A stretch of DNA of 64,000 nucleotides from Clostridia bacterium (GTDB lineage Bacteria > Bacillota > Clostridia > Christensenellales > CAG-138): NCBI GenBank assembly GCA_017435905.1, contig JAFSEB010000075.1:4452-68451 (forward strand). The letters run 5' to 3'. A program made the position numbers and the translations under genes. Positions 1 to 9,280 of this stretch are shown here, in pieces. The notes beneath the pieces were generated by a model that saw only the letters and a list, made by a program, of their open reading frames with translations, was not told the origin of the DNA and searched no databases. The first letter of the stretch is position 1. The number at the start of each line of letters is the position of its first letter.

Positions 1-472
1 GGCACGCATCGGGGATATCGACCCGGAAACGGAAGTAACGGCAATGCCGCTGTTCTACGATGCTTCCAATGCCGACGAGATCGACATTTCGCAATTTGAC
101 TATGTGGTGGATGCCATCGATTCCGTCAGCTCAAAGCTGCTTCTCATTGAACGTGCTGCGGCGGCATGCGTTCCCGTCATCAGCAGCATGGGGGCAGGCA
201 ACAAACTGGATCCCGCTGCCTTTGAAGTGGCGGATATTTACGAAACCTCGGTTTGCCCTCTTGCACGGGTCATGCGCCGTGAGCTCAAAAAGAGGGGGAT
301 CACATCTTTGCGTGTGGTCTACTCAAAGGAAGAAGCAAGAAAACCCCTCGCTTCAAACGAAGAACCTCTTCCGGGCAAGCGGCAGACGCCCGGCAGCCTT
401 TCCTTTGTACCCTCTGCGGCAGGGCTCATCCTTGCGGGAGAAGTCATCCGTACTTTGGCAAAAACGGAATAA
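1..472 (+). CDS. tcdA: tRNA threonylcarbamoyladenosine dehydratase (ThiF/TcdA family), C-terminal part; the gene begins upstream of the window
   Basis: The frame is open from the window edge. The translation ...DYVVDAIDSVSSKLLLIERAAAACVPVISSMGAGNKLDP...SVCPLARVMRRELKKRG matches the conserved C-terminal half of TcdA/YgdL. Confidence 0.7.
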   Translation, partial: ARIGDIDPETEVTAMPLFYDASNADEIDISQFDYVVDAIDSVSSKLLLIERAAAACVPVISSMGAGNKLDPAAFEVADIYETSVCPLARVMRRELKKRGITSLRVVYSKEEARKPLASNEEPLPGKRQTPGSLSFVPSAAGLILAGEVIRTLAKTE

Positions 473-540
473 GAAACACGCTTTCGGCAATCCTAAGTGT
501 AAAGCGCACAGCGGTGCGCAGGGTCTTGGGAGGTGCTGAA

Positions 541-1314
541 ATGGCGTTGAATAAAGTAGATATTTGCGGTGTGGATACATCAAAGCTCCCTGTTATGACG
601 CATGTGCGAAGCAGGGAGCTTCTTATGCGGATCAAGGCAGGCGACACAGCGGCAAGGGAGGAATTCATCCATGGAAATCTTCGGCTGGTATTAAGCGTCA
701 TTCAGCGTTTCTCCGGCAGGGGTGAGCAGATGGATGATCTGTTTCAGGTAGGGTGCATCGGGCTTATCAAGGCCATCGACAACTTTAATCTGGAGCTTGA
801 CGTGCGCTTTTCCACCTATGCCGTGCCGATGATCATCGGGGAACTGCGCCGGTACCTACGGGATAATACCGCCATGCGTGTCAGCCGCTCCCTTCGGGAT
901 ACGGCCTACAAGGCGCTGCAGGCGAGAAATCGCCTGATGGAAGAAAATGCCCGTGAGCCTCATATCAGCGAGATCGCAAAGGCGCTCGATATGAAGGAAG
1001 AGGACGTGGTGTTTGCCCTTGATGCGATACAGGATCCCGTTTCGCTCTTTGAACCAATTTATCATGATGACGGCGATGCCATTTTTGTGATGGATCAGGT
1101 CAAGGATGAAAAAAGCTCCGATGAGCTTTGGCTTGATGGGATCGCTATCGCAGGAGGGCTTGAACGCCTTGCGGAGCGTGAAAAGCGCATCATTGAGCTT
1201 CGCTTTTTTCAGGGCAGGACCCAAATGGAAGTGGCTTCCGAGATCGGTATCAGCCAGGCACAGGTCTCACGGCTTGAAAAGAGCGCTTTAAAACACATGC
1301 GGAAGTATGTTTGA
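541..1314 (+). CDS. sigG: Sporulation sigma factor SigG (forespore, late)
   Basis: MALNKVDICGVDTSKLPV..., GNLRLVLSVIQRF, DDLFQVGCIGLIKAIDNF, FSTYAVPMIIGELRRYLRD, DAIQDPVSLFEPIY and GISQAQVSRLEK are nearly collinear with B. subtilis SigG. The ATG at 541 follows GGGAGGTG. Confidence 0.9.
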   Translation: MALNKVDICGVDTSKLPVMTHVRSRELLMRIKAGDTAAREEFIHGNLRLVLSVIQRFSGRGEQMDDLFQVGCIGLIKAIDNFNLELDVRFSTYAVPMIIGELRRYLRDNTAMRVSRSLRDTAYKALQARNRLMEENAREPHISEIAKALDMKEEDVVFALDAIQDPVSLFEPIYHDDGDAIFVMDQVKDEKSSDELWLDGIAIAGGLERLAEREKRIIELRFFQGRTQMEVASEIGISQAQVSRLEKSALKHMRKYV

Positions 1315-1343
1315 ATAAAGATCACCGAATACAATACTGTTTC

Positions 1344-1384
1344 AAAACCGCCCGGCATATAGTAAGCCGAAGGGCGGTTTTGTT
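1344..1384 (+). terminator. Rho-independent terminator after sigG; it overlaps the yqfC translation-initiation region
   Basis: AAAACCGCCC (1344-1353) pairs with GGGCGGTTTT (1372-1381), followed by TGTT. The yqfC ATG is at 1385. Confidence 0.6.
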
Positions 1385-1669
1385 ATGTCGAAGAAAAAAA
1401 GAAAGATCAGGCTTGGGCGGCGCATCCTTGAATCGCTGGATATTCCGGAAGAGTGCTATTCGGCTGCGGCGAAGATCACGCTGTGGGGAAAGGAGACGCT
1501 GCTGATCGAGAAACACAAGGGCATCTTTTCCTGTGAAGAGGAACGGGTGCGCCTTTTTACAAACCTTGGCATTTTGCGAATCGACGGGGAAAAGCTCACG
1601 CTGCTTGAACTGTCAAATGAGCGGCTTTATATCACGGGCAAGGTAGAGGGGATCGCTTATGAGGCCTGA
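1385..1669 (+). CDS. yqfC: Sporulation protein YqfC (YabP/YqfC family)
   Basis: The 94-aa product carries ...LDIPEE...ITLWGKETLLIEKHKGIFSCEEERVRLFTNLGILRIDGEKLTLLEL..., which fits the YqfC pattern. It sits immediately upstream of yqfD, as in Bacillus. Confidence 0.8.
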   Translation: MSKKKRKIRLGRRILESLDIPEECYSAAAKITLWGKETLLIEKHKGIFSCEEERVRLFTNLGILRIDGEKLTLLELSNERLYITGKVEGIAYEA

Positions 1670-1732
1670 GTTTCTGCGATTTCTACCATTTTAATTGCAA
1701 AAAAACTGTAAAATCTGATTCTGGAGAAGCTG

Positions 1733-2926
1733 ATGTTCACTGGTCTATGGAATTATCTTTCTGGATATGTTATCATTGAACTGGAGGGGAAGGCCCTTGA
1801 GCGGTTTTTGAACCGCCTGACGCACAGCGGCGTGGAGATTTGGCATATTCGGCGTACCGGGATAAACACCGTAACGGCACACATCAGCATTGCCGGGTTT
1901 TATGCGCTGCGTCCCATGCTGCGCGGGCAGGGCATCCGGGTGCATATCCTCCAAAAACGGGGGTTGATCATTCGCCTGAGTTCGCTCCGTTTCAGAAAAG
2001 TACTGCTGTACGGCTGGACGGTCGCAGCGGTGCTGCTGATCGCAGCATCAAGGCGGATCTGGTTCATTGAGATCACGGGTCTTGATACGGTCCCACAGCA
2101 GAATATCCTTTCCGTGCTTGCACAAAACGGCATCCGTGAAGGCGCATGGAGAAGCGCCGTGCATACAGCGCCCCTCGGCAACAGCATCATGGCATCGGAT
2201 CCAAGGATCGCATGGGCGGGGGCACACCTTGACGGTGTCACTTTGCGTGTGGATATCCTTGAAGCAGGGGATGCGGCAAAGCTCCCGGATCACGATCCCG
2301 TGCCGGCAAGCATCTACGCTTCTTCGGACGGTGTGGTCTCGTCCGTTACCGTTCTTGAGGGGAGAGCCCTTGTCAGGGAGGGCGATGCGGTCAAAGCAGG
2401 GCAGGAACTGATCACGGGCATTCTCAGAAACGATGAAGCAAACCTGATCGTGACCCGTGCCAAAGGAACGGTGCTTGCGCAGGTGGTATATAGATTCACC
2501 GCTTCCGCAGGGCCGAAGATCCTCGCCCCACAGGCAGGCGAGGAAGTCGAAAGATGCACACGCATCAGCGCATTTGGCAAAACGTTTTTCTCCCGTCCTG
2601 CGACGGATTATGCACAGGAAACCGCTTTGTTTGAGGGAAGTCTTACCAACTGCTTTTTGCCATTAACGGTGCAAACGCTTGCGGTTTATCCGACCGTCAT
2701 GAAAGAGATCACCGCAAGTGAGTCAGAACTGCGTCAGGCTGCAATGCTTGCGGCGGAAGATGCCATGGAACGGGCGCTGCCGGAACATGCACGCATCCTG
2801 TCAAAAGAGAGCACAACAGAATACCGTGAGGATGGCAGCGTTGAAGCTGCGATCACTGTGATAACGGAAGAAAATATAGGAATAACAAAGGAATTTGAAG
2901 CAACAAATGGAAAACAACCGCAATGA
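1733..2926 (+). CDS. yqfD: Sporulation protein YqfD (stage IV-type membrane protein)
   Basis: The 397-aa product starts MFTGLWNYLSGYVIIELEGKALERFLNRL...GVEIWHIRR and has a central TM segment. The yqfC-yqfD-phoH synteny supports the call. Confidence 0.8.
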   Translation: MFTGLWNYLSGYVIIELEGKALERFLNRLTHSGVEIWHIRRTGINTVTAHISIAGFYALRPMLRGQGIRVHILQKRGLIIRLSSLRFRKVLLYGWTVAAVLLIAASRRIWFIEITGLDTVPQQNILSVLAQNGIREGAWRSAVHTAPLGNSIMASDPRIAWAGAHLDGVTLRVDILEAGDAAKLPDHDPVPASIYASSDGVVSSVTVLEGRALVREGDAVKAGQELITGILRNDEANLIVTRAKGTVLAQVVYRFTASAGPKILAPQAGEEVERCTRISAFGKTFFSRPATDYAQETALFEGSLTNCFLPLTVQTLAVYPTVMKEITASESELRQAAMLAAEDAMERALPEHARILSKESTTEYREDGSVEAAITVITEENIGITKEFEATNGKQPQ

Positions 2927-3914
2927 TATTTTTCCCGATACCGCTGAAGTGCGCATCGTATCCGTGGAATCCATGGACGAAATGATACGCCTTTTCGGCG
3001 TGTTCGATGAAAACCTGAAGATCATCGAGGATGAAACGGGGGCACGCATCCGTACGGAAGCGGACTCCATCCGGATAGAAGGTGCAGGCGGCAGCGCAGA
3101 GCTTGCCGCAACGGTGGTGGACAAGCTGCTGATGACCCTCCGCCGTGGGGAAGCCATCGACCGCAGCCGCATCCGCTATGCGATCGATCTTGCAAAAGAG
3201 GGCAATGCGGAACTGATCACGGAGCTTCTTGATGATGTTGTCGCTTTCACAAACAAAGGCCGCCGCATCAAATGCAAGACGCTCGGCCAGAAAAAGTATA
3301 TTTCTGCCCTCAAACACCATACGGTGGTCTTTGGCGTTGGCCCTGCCGGCACGGGCAAAACCTACCTTGCCGTTGCAATGGCGGTCCTTGCATACAAGAA
3401 CAAGGAGGTCGAAAAGATCATCCTCACACGCCCTGCCGTGGAAGCCGGTGAAAAGCTTGGCTTCCTGCCCGGCGATCTGCAGAACAAGGTGGATCCCTAT
3501 CTTCGCCCCCTTTACGATGCACTTTATGATTTCCTCGGTGCGGAGACCTTCAAAAGCCTCAGCGAGCGTGGCGTGATCGAGGTTGCGCCGCTTGCCTACA
3601 TGCGAGGCAGAACGCTGAGCGATGCATATATCATCCTTGATGAAGCGCAGAACTGCACCATGGAGCAGATGAAGATGTTCCTGACCCGTTTCGGCGAGGG
3701 ATCCAGAGTGGTCGTAACGGGTGATATTACCCAGATCGACCTGCCTTACGAAAGAAAGAGCGGCCTTGTCCATGCGCTTGAAGTGCTCAAAGGCGTGGAG
3801 GGGATCGCACAGGTATTCCTGACCCACAAGGATGTGGTGCGGCACGAAATGGTGCAGCGCATCATCAGCGCCTATGACAAAGCGCAGCACCGCAGAGAAA
3901 ACGCCGGGAGGTGA
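2895..3914 (+). CDS. phoH: PhoH-like ATPase (PhoH/YbeZ)
   Basis: Walker A GPAGTGKTYLAVAMAV, plus LTRPAVEAGEKLGFLPGD and ILDEAQN. The start is ambiguous (TTG at 2895 or ATG at 2907) and overlaps the yqfD 3' end. Confidence 0.85.
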   Translation: MKQQMENNRNDIFPDTAEVRIVSVESMDEMIRLFGVFDENLKIIEDETGARIRTEADSIRIEGAGGSAELAATVVDKLLMTLRRGEAIDRSRIRYAIDLAKEGNAELITELLDDVVAFTNKGRRIKCKTLGQKKYISALKHHTVVFGVGPAGTGKTYLAVAMAVLAYKNKEVEKIILTRPAVEAGEKLGFLPGDLQNKVDPYLRPLYDALYDFLGAETFKSLSERGVIEVAPLAYMRGRTLSDAYIILDEAQNCTMEQMKMFLTRFGEGSRVVVTGDITQIDLPYERKSGLVHALEVLKGVEGIAQVFLTHKDVVRHEMVQRIISAYDKAQHRRENAGR

Positions 3915-3919
3915 CAAAT

Positions 3920-6070
3920 ATGGCAAAGCGCGAAGGAAAACGGCAGATCTCAAAAAAGAATATCCGAATGATCTCCTGCATGCTTCTCGCTGTGACGTTT
4001 GTGATCGCATATTTTTGTGTACTGACGGCAGCGCTGCCGAAGCATTACGATGTAAAAGTAGGGGAACCTTCCGCCTATACGATCTATGCACCGCAGAATA
4101 TTACCGATGAAACGGCAACAGCTGCGCTGAAAGAAGCGGCACGGGAAGCTGCGGCTGCGGTATATGAGATCGATAATGCAAAGATCGATGCCTGCATGGA
4201 CGGAGCAAATGCATTTTTCAACGGTCTCAGCGCAGTGCGCAAACAGGCGGAAATGATGCGTGGGACAGAAGCCCTTGAGCCTGTTCTTTCCGAAGAAGGC
4301 TGGGGAGATCTGCTCAGTGCGGAGCAGAAAACGAACCTTGCCGCAATGACAAAGCCCAACCTGAACGAGGGGCAGCTTTGTGCGGTTCTTGCGGCAGGCG
4401 TGTCGGATATTCAGTTCCTCAAGGATCTTGTGCTCCCCAAATTGCAGACATCCCTTGAGGCAGGGCTTTCGGCGGATGCGCTTGCCGGTGTAAAAAACAC
4501 CTGCATCCGTGAAGTGAACGCCACCACAAGCCTTACGGCCGGCTTGAAAGATGTGGGTGCGCTGACCATTGAAACTTTTATGGAACCCACCCTTGTCGCC
4601 AATAAAAATGCCACGGCGCAGGCGCAGGAGGATGCTGCTGCAGCCGTTGAACCTGTGATCATCCAAAAAGGCGATATCATCATCAAGCGTGGCGATGTGC
4701 TGAGCGCCGATCAGTATGCACTTCTCGGACAGCTTTCTCTCGTTCGGGATGGGCAGAGCAACCTGCCGCTCATCTTCGGCATGCTGTTTGCTTTGCTTGC
4801 AGCATTTGCGCTTTATACGGTTTATCTTTTCTTCTTGCGTGAAGATGTCTTTTATGACACAAAGCGCATGGTGATCCTTACCGTGTTCACGGTGCTGGTG
4901 CTTCTTGTGGCGCTTCTTTGCAATCAGGTGGATACACGCCTGTCTCCTGCATTGATCGCCATTATGCTGACTTCGCTGCTCGTCTGCCCAAACACCGCTC
5001 TTGCGCTGACGGCTCTTCTTAGCATCGTAATGGGTCTTATGGCTGCAGGAAGCGGCAAACCCCTTATCGGGGCGGATTCCTTTATGATGACGGTATCCAC
5101 GTTTGCATCCGGTGTGGCGGCGGTCTTTGCGCTTCGCAAGGCTGAAAGCCGCGGTGCGCTTGTAGCGGCAGGCGCCGTTGGCGGCGGCGCAGCTGCGTTG
5201 GCAGCAGCAGCCTTGATGGTACTTGAGCGTGAAACGTTCCTTGCCGTGCTGCTTTCCATCGGGTATGCCGTGGGAAGCGCAATGCTGTCGACGTTGCTTG
5301 TGGTCGGATCCCTTTCCGTTTGGGAGAACCTTTTTGACGTTGCCACAGCAGCAAGGCTCAACGAACTCAGCAATACCAACCATCCGCTTCTTAAACAGCT
5401 TATGCTGGAAGCCCCCGGCACTTATCAGCACTGCAATACCGTTGCGGCACTTGCGGAAGCGGCTGCGGAACGCATCGGTGCCAATGCGCTTCTTGCCCGT
5501 GTGGGCGCACTGTTCCACGATGTCGGCAAGCTCAGAAGGCCGATCTACTTTAAGGAAAACCAGAAAAGCGGGGAAAACATCCACGATTCCTTGCCGCCCC
5601 TTGAAAGTGCGCAGACCATTATCGCCCACCAGAAGGATGGCGTCACGCTTCTTACAAGGCACAAGCTGCCTTCCGCCGTGATCCGCATTGCAGGGGAACA
5701 CCACGGTAATGCCCTGATGACGTACTTCTACTACAAGGCAAAGCAGGGTGAAGGCGGAGACAGCGTGCAGATGAAGAATTTTCGTTATTCCGGCAACCGT
5801 CCTTCCACAAAGGAGAGCGCCATCGTGATGCTGGCGGATTCCTGTGAAGCCGCCGTACGTTCCCTTGGCGATACGAAAAAGGAAGCCATGGAAGAAATGG
5901 TGCACAAGGTCATTTACGGCAAGATGACCGACAGCGACAATATGATGACGAATGCGCCGCTGACCCTTGCGGAGTTTACGGAGATCGAAAAGAGCTTCAT
6001 CAAGACCTTTGGCGGCATCATGCATGACCGCATCGAATATCCCGACCTTGAAGAGGTAAACAAGAAATGA
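3920..6070 (+). CDS. pgpH: 7TM-HD membrane phosphohydrolase (YqfF/PgpH family, cyclic-di-AMP phosphodiesterase type)
   Basis: An N-terminal extracellular region and multiple TM helices are followed by an HD domain (HCNTVAALAE...LFHDVGK...IAGEHHG). The ATG at 3920 lies 8 nt after GGGAGG; the ORF track opens at GTG 3911. Confidence 0.8.
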   Translation: MAKREGKRQISKKNIRMISCMLLAVTFVIAYFCVLTAALPKHYDVKVGEPSAYTIYAPQNITDETATAALKEAAREAAAAVYEIDNAKIDACMDGANAFFNGLSAVRKQAEMMRGTEALEPVLSEEGWGDLLSAEQKTNLAAMTKPNLNEGQLCAVLAAGVSDIQFLKDLVLPKLQTSLEAGLSADALAGVKNTCIREVNATTSLTAGLKDVGALTIETFMEPTLVANKNATAQAQEDAAAAVEPVIIQKGDIIIKRGDVLSADQYALLGQLSLVRDGQSNLPLIFGMLFALLAAFALYTVYLFFLREDVFYDTKRMVILTVFTVLVLLVALLCNQVDTRLSPALIAIMLTSLLVCPNTALALTALLSIVMGLMAAGSGKPLIGADSFMMTVSTFASGVAAVFALRKAESRGALVAAGAVGGGAAALAAAALMVLERETFLAVLLSIGYAVGSAMLSTLLVVGSLSVWENLFDVATAARLNELSNTNHPLLKQLMLEAPGTYQHCNTVAALAEAAAERIGANALLARVGALFHDVGKLRRPIYFKENQKSGENIHDSLPPLESAQTIIAHQKDGVTLLTRHKLPSAVIRIAGEHHGNALMTYFYYKAKQGEGGDSVQMKNFRYSGNRPSTKESAIVMLADSCEAAVRSLGDTKKEAMEEMVHKVIYGKMTDSDNMMTNAPLTLAEFTEIEKSFIKTFGGIMHDRIEYPDLEEVNKK

Positions 6071-6507
6071 TCGAAGTGATCACTGAAATCCCACATGATG
6101 TGCCTGACCTTGACCGCATTCTGACCAATGCGGCGGAAGCAGCCCTTGCATATGAAGGGGCGGAAGGCGACATAACTATTTTAGTGGTCGATGATGGCAT
6201 GATCCACGAAATGAACAGGGATTACCGAAATGTGGATCGCCCTACGGATGTTTTGAGCTTTCCTGCAGCGGAAGGGGAGGAACTTCTTTCTATCCCGGAT
6301 GCGTTTCTCGGAGATATTGCCATCTCCCTGCCCAGGGCAAAGGAGCAGGCAGCGGAATACGGACATTCCCTTCTGCGTGAACTGACATTCCTTGCGGTGC
6401 ACGGTTCCCTGCATTTGATGGGCTACGACCACATGACCGATGAAGACCGTGCCGAAATGTTCGACCGGCAGGATCGGATCTTAGAAAAAATGAGGATCAC
6501 AAGATGA
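6067..6507 (+). CDS. ybeY: rRNA maturation endoribonuclease YbeY
   Basis: HGSLHLMGYDH metal-binding motif in a 146-aa product. The start overlaps the pgpH stop by 4 nt. Confidence 0.9.
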   Translation: MIEVITEIPHDVPDLDRILTNAAEAALAYEGAEGDITILVVDDGMIHEMNRDYRNVDRPTDVLSFPAAEGEELLSIPDAFLGDIAISLPRAKEQAAEYGHSLLRELTFLAVHGSLHLMGYDHMTDEDRAEMFDRQDRILEKMRITR

Positions 6508-6917
6508 GAAGCATTCACGACTTTGAAGTGAAAAACATGCTGCGCATGGCAAATGAAGCACGGGATCGGGCATATGTGCCTTATTCAGGCTTTCATGTGG
6601 GCGCTTGCCTGAAGGGCGCAACCGGTGCGTATTACCTTGGCTGCAATATTGAAAACGCGGCATATTCGCCCACCAACTGTGCGGAGCGTACCGCCATGTT
6701 CAAGGCAGTCTACGAAGGCGAACGGCAATTTGATGCCCTGGCCATCGTTTGGGACGGCGACAGACCTGCGGTTCCCTGCGGCGTATGCAGGCAGGTGCTT
6801 GCAGAGTTCTGTGACGGTGAAATGCCTGTTATCTGTGCCAACAGAAAAGGCGAATACAAGCTGTTTGCACTGGCGGATCTTCTGCCGGAAGCCTTTTTGC
6901 CGGAGGATCTGAAATGA
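6504..6917 (+). CDS. cdd: Cytidine deaminase
   Basis: CAERTAMF and PCGVCRQVLAEF zinc-binding motifs in a 137-aa product. Confidence 0.9.
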   Translation: MRSIHDFEVKNMLRMANEARDRAYVPYSGFHVGACLKGATGAYYLGCNIENAAYSPTNCAERTAMFKAVYEGERQFDALAIVWDGDRPAVPCGVCRQVLAEFCDGEMPVICANRKGEYKLFALADLLPEAFLPEDLK

Positions 6918-7810
6918 TGAATATGGACTTTCTTTCCGGATTTGTCTCCATTATCGGCTCGCCCAACGTGGGTAAAAGCACGCTCATGAACCGCTTTGTG
7001 GGGCAGAAGGTATCCATCGTCTCCTCACGGGCGCAGACTACCCGAAACAGGGTGATGGGCGTTCTGACAAAATCTGCATACCAGATCGTTTTTCTCGATA
7101 CGCCCGGTGTGACCACGCCTAAAAACCGTCTCGGCGAGTATATGCTCAAGGTAGCATATGATTCCCTTAATGAAGTAGAGGCTGTTCTTTTCCTGACCGA
7201 TGCGGAAAAAGGCATCCGTGATAAGGATAAGGCCTTGCTTGAAAAGCTTTCCTCCGCAAAGGCACCCGTGATTGCAGCCATCAACAAGGTGGATGCTGCA
7301 AAAACGGAAACTATTGCACAAATGCGGGAACAGCTTGAAGAAGTTCCCTATATTTCGGATGTTCTTGAGATCTCGGCGGAAACGGGAACAGGTGTTGATG
7401 CCCTTGAAAAGCTGCTCGTATCCAAACTGGAGCCGGGACCGAAGTATTTCCCCGATGATATGGTCACCGATCAGCCGGAGCGTATTGTGTGCTCCGAATT
7501 GATACGGGAAAAAGCCCTCGTGCTTCTGAAGGAAGAGGTACCGCACGGCATCGGCGTCGGTATCGATAAAATGCAAGTGCGAGAGGATAAAGGAATTACC
7601 GATGTGTGGGCAACCATCTATTGTGAGCGTGACGGGCATAAAGGCATTATCATCGGCAAGGGCGGCAGTATGCTGAAAAAGATCGGCGCCGAAGCCAGGC
7701 ATGATATGGAATGGATGCTCGGAACACGTGTCAACCTGCAGCTTTGGGTCAAGGTGAAGGATGACTGGCGAAACAGCCTTTCCACCATGCGTGAACTTGG
7801 CTACGAATAA
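6914..7810 (+). CDS. era: GTPase Era
   Basis: G1 GSPNVGKSTLMN, DTPG, NKVD and a C-terminal KH region (VEREGHKGIIIGKGG-like ...CERDGHKGIIIGKGGSMLK). Confidence 0.9.
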   Translation: MMNMDFLSGFVSIIGSPNVGKSTLMNRFVGQKVSIVSSRAQTTRNRVMGVLTKSAYQIVFLDTPGVTTPKNRLGEYMLKVAYDSLNEVEAVLFLTDAEKGIRDKDKALLEKLSSAKAPVIAAINKVDAAKTETIAQMREQLEEVPYISDVLEISAETGTGVDALEKLLVSKLEPGPKYFPDDMVTDQPERIVCSELIREKALVLLKEEVPHGIGVGIDKMQVREDKGITDVWATIYCERDGHKGIIIGKGGSMLKKIGAEARHDMEWMLGTRVNLQLWVKVKDDWRNSLSTMRELGYE

Positions 7811-7833
7811 GCCGAAATCATACGTTTGATACT

Positions 7834-7858
7834 GGGCGGACTTTGTTCGCCCGTTTAT
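7834..7858 (+). terminator. Possible weak terminator after era
   Basis: GGGCGGA-CTTTG-TTCGCCC hairpin followed by GTTTAT, which is a poor U-run. Confidence 0.35.
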
Positions 7859-7886
7859 GCTATTTTGCACAGGAAAGGGATTCAAC

Positions 7887-9206
7887 ATGCGTGCGGTAGA
7901 TATGATCCTGAAAAAGAAGCGCGGCGAGGCGATGTCGCAGCCTGAGATCGAGGCGCTGATAAACGGCTTTGTCAAAGGTGATGTACCGGATTACCAGATG
8001 GCAGCATGGATGATGGCTGTCTGCTTTCAGGGAATGAACGGAGAGGAAACAGCCGCTTTGACCGATGTGATGGTAAAAAGCGGTGAAACTGCGGACCTTT
8101 CCACACTTTCGGGCATCAAGGTGGATAAGCACTCTACCGGCGGTGTGGGCGACACTACCACCCTTGTGATCGCACCGCTTGTGGCTGCATGCGGCGGTAC
8201 TGTTGCAAAGATGTCCGGCCGTGGGCTGGGGCATACCGGCGGCACGCTCGATAAGCTTGAATCCGTGCCCGGTGTCAGCATTGAACTGACCATGGAACAG
8301 TTCCTTTCCATCGTGCGGGATACGGGGCTTTGTGTCATGGGGCAGACGGCGGATCTTGTTCCGGCGGATAAGCTGATGTATGCCCTCCGGGATGTAACGG
8401 GCACCGTCAGCAGCATTCCTCTGATCGCATCAAGCGTGATGAGCAAGAAGATCGCATCCGGTGCGGATGCCATCGTGCTCGATGTAAAAACGGGATCGGG
8501 CGCATTTATGCAGACTCTGCCGGAAGCCCGTGCACTTGCAAAGACCATGGTGGATATCGGCAGCCGAATGGGAAGGAAGACTGTGGCTGTGATCACCGAT
8601 ATGAACCAGCCCCTCGGCATGGCTGTCGGAAACGGGCTGGAAGTAAAAGAGGCGATCGAGCTCCTTTCGGGAAAACTCCCGAAAACCGATCCGCTTTATG
8701 AAGTATCCATGCTGCTGGCATCTCATATGCTGGTGCTTTCAGAACTTGCTTCGGATGAAAAAGAAGCAAAAGCAAAGCTTGCGGCAGCGCTTGAAAGCGG
8801 CGCAGGCCTTCGGAAACTCAAAGCGATGCTGGCGGCTCTCGGCGGAGATACATCCTGTATCGATGATCCCGAAAGTCTTTGTGCCGTCAGGGAAAAACGG
8901 GATGTTTACCTTGATGAAGAAGGATACATTGCCGCAATGCAGGCTGAAAAGATCGGCGTAGCCGCACAGCTCCTTGGTGCCGGGCGTGCCACAAAGGCTG
9001 ATTCCATCGATCCTGCGGTGGGGCTTGTGATGCACAAACGGCAGGGGATGCAGGTCTCCAAGGCGGAGCCGGTGGCAGCGCTTTACATTAACGATGCGAC
9101 CCATGTTGAAGATGCGATCGCAGCTTTGAAAGCCGCCATCACCGTTTCGGCCGAACAGCCGAATGCTGCGCCGATGGTGTATGATGTCATCACGGCAGCG
9201 GAATAA
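7887..9206 (+). CDS. pdp: Pyrimidine-nucleoside (thymidine) phosphorylase
   Basis: MRAVDMILKKKRG...DYQMAAWMMAVCFQGM...DKHSTGGVGD...SGRGLGHTGGTLDKLES. The ORF track opens at 7857, but the M at 7887 fits the family N-terminus. Confidence 0.9.
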   Translation: MRAVDMILKKKRGEAMSQPEIEALINGFVKGDVPDYQMAAWMMAVCFQGMNGEETAALTDVMVKSGETADLSTLSGIKVDKHSTGGVGDTTTLVIAPLVAACGGTVAKMSGRGLGHTGGTLDKLESVPGVSIELTMEQFLSIVRDTGLCVMGQTADLVPADKLMYALRDVTGTVSSIPLIASSVMSKKIASGADAIVLDVKTGSGAFMQTLPEARALAKTMVDIGSRMGRKTVAVITDMNQPLGMAVGNGLEVKEAIELLSGKLPKTDPLYEVSMLLASHMLVLSELASDEKEAKAKLAAALESGAGLRKLKAMLAALGGDTSCIDDPESLCAVREKRDVYLDEEGYIAAMQAEKIGVAAQLLGAGRATKADSIDPAVGLVMHKRQGMQVSKAEPVAALYINDATHVEDAIAALKAAITVSAEQPNAAPMVYDVITAAE

Positions 9207-9280
9207 AGTTTACGGACTGTTGATTTGAACAGTAAACCACTTTGGTGTATGCTCAAACAGAAAAAAGCGAGGGAACGTTT

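Noticed and set aside
503-518. A GCGCAC-AGCG-GTGCGC hairpin lies upstream of sigG and might be a regulatory element or a tcdA terminator.
   Set aside because: It is a 6-bp stem without a U-run, about 25 nt from the sigG start. I also found no convincing forespore-type promoter in the 70-nt spacer. The evidence is too weak to call either way.
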